Source: a virus (lineage: Duplodnaviria > Caudoviricetes). Taken from it: a stretch of 64,000 nt of DNA. The notes beneath the pieces are model-generated. The model saw only the letters and a list, made by a program, of their open reading frames with translations. It ran no database searches and was not told the origin of the DNA. The position numbers were made by a program, and so were the translations under genes. The DNA lies in IMG/VR virus record IMGVR_UViG_3300001598_000050, positions 6,461 through 70,460 of that record. One strand, 5' to 3'. Positions 63,968 through 64,000 of this stretch are shown here, one piece after another (the stretch's first letter is position 1; each line of letters opens with the position of its first letter).

Positions 63968-64000
63968 TGTGGTCGCAAATATGCCGTATATTGTGACATC

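Noticed and set aside
1-64000. Genome-wide TAG-to-Gln recoding (genetic code 15)
   Set aside because: Long genes, including tail genes, are intact under the standard code. Reading TAG as sense at the polA gaps does not restore frame, because each gap is 8 nt.
1-64000. tRNA or rRNA genes
   Set aside because: No cloverleaf or T-loop (GTTCRA) signatures noticed in the short intergenic regions; not confirmed with tRNAscan.

Overview
Virtually every real gene is on the minus strand. The window reads as part of a large, AT-rich tailed phage genome; AGGAGG-type RBSs and sigmaA-like extended -10 promoters suggest a Firmicutes host (inference). From high to low coordinates it holds: a modular tail-fibre/receptor-binding cluster (47.6-64 kb); an AT-rich non-coding junction (47.0-47.5 kb); a folate/thymidylate block (thyA-like, dCMP deaminase, folA, fhs, folD, dut); a replisome (DnaC-like loader, DnaB, primase, SSB, family-A polymerase, beta clamp, and at 10-13 kb DnaX/delta'/delta-like clamp loader); recombination genes (RecA, RecU, Hjc-like, Cas4/RecB-like, SbcCD); a four-enzyme NAD salvage cluster; and small unknown or pseudo-enzyme genes. 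The standout is polA. It is split into three separately initiated genes, with a free-standing endonuclease in the first break. Each of the two downstream pieces has an 8-nt, UAG-containing gap exactly inside catalytic motif A or motif B. Both gaps follow the same pattern (GAA-UAG-CU-GAU and CUU-UAG-CG-CUA), which suggests programmed ribosomal stop-hopping, similar to the T4 gene 39/mobA/gene 60 cassette. Other strong leads are a ThyA with the Asn177-to-Asp specificity switch and the PncA-PncB-NMNAT-NadE pathway. All product calls come from motif recognition by eye; no database searches were run.
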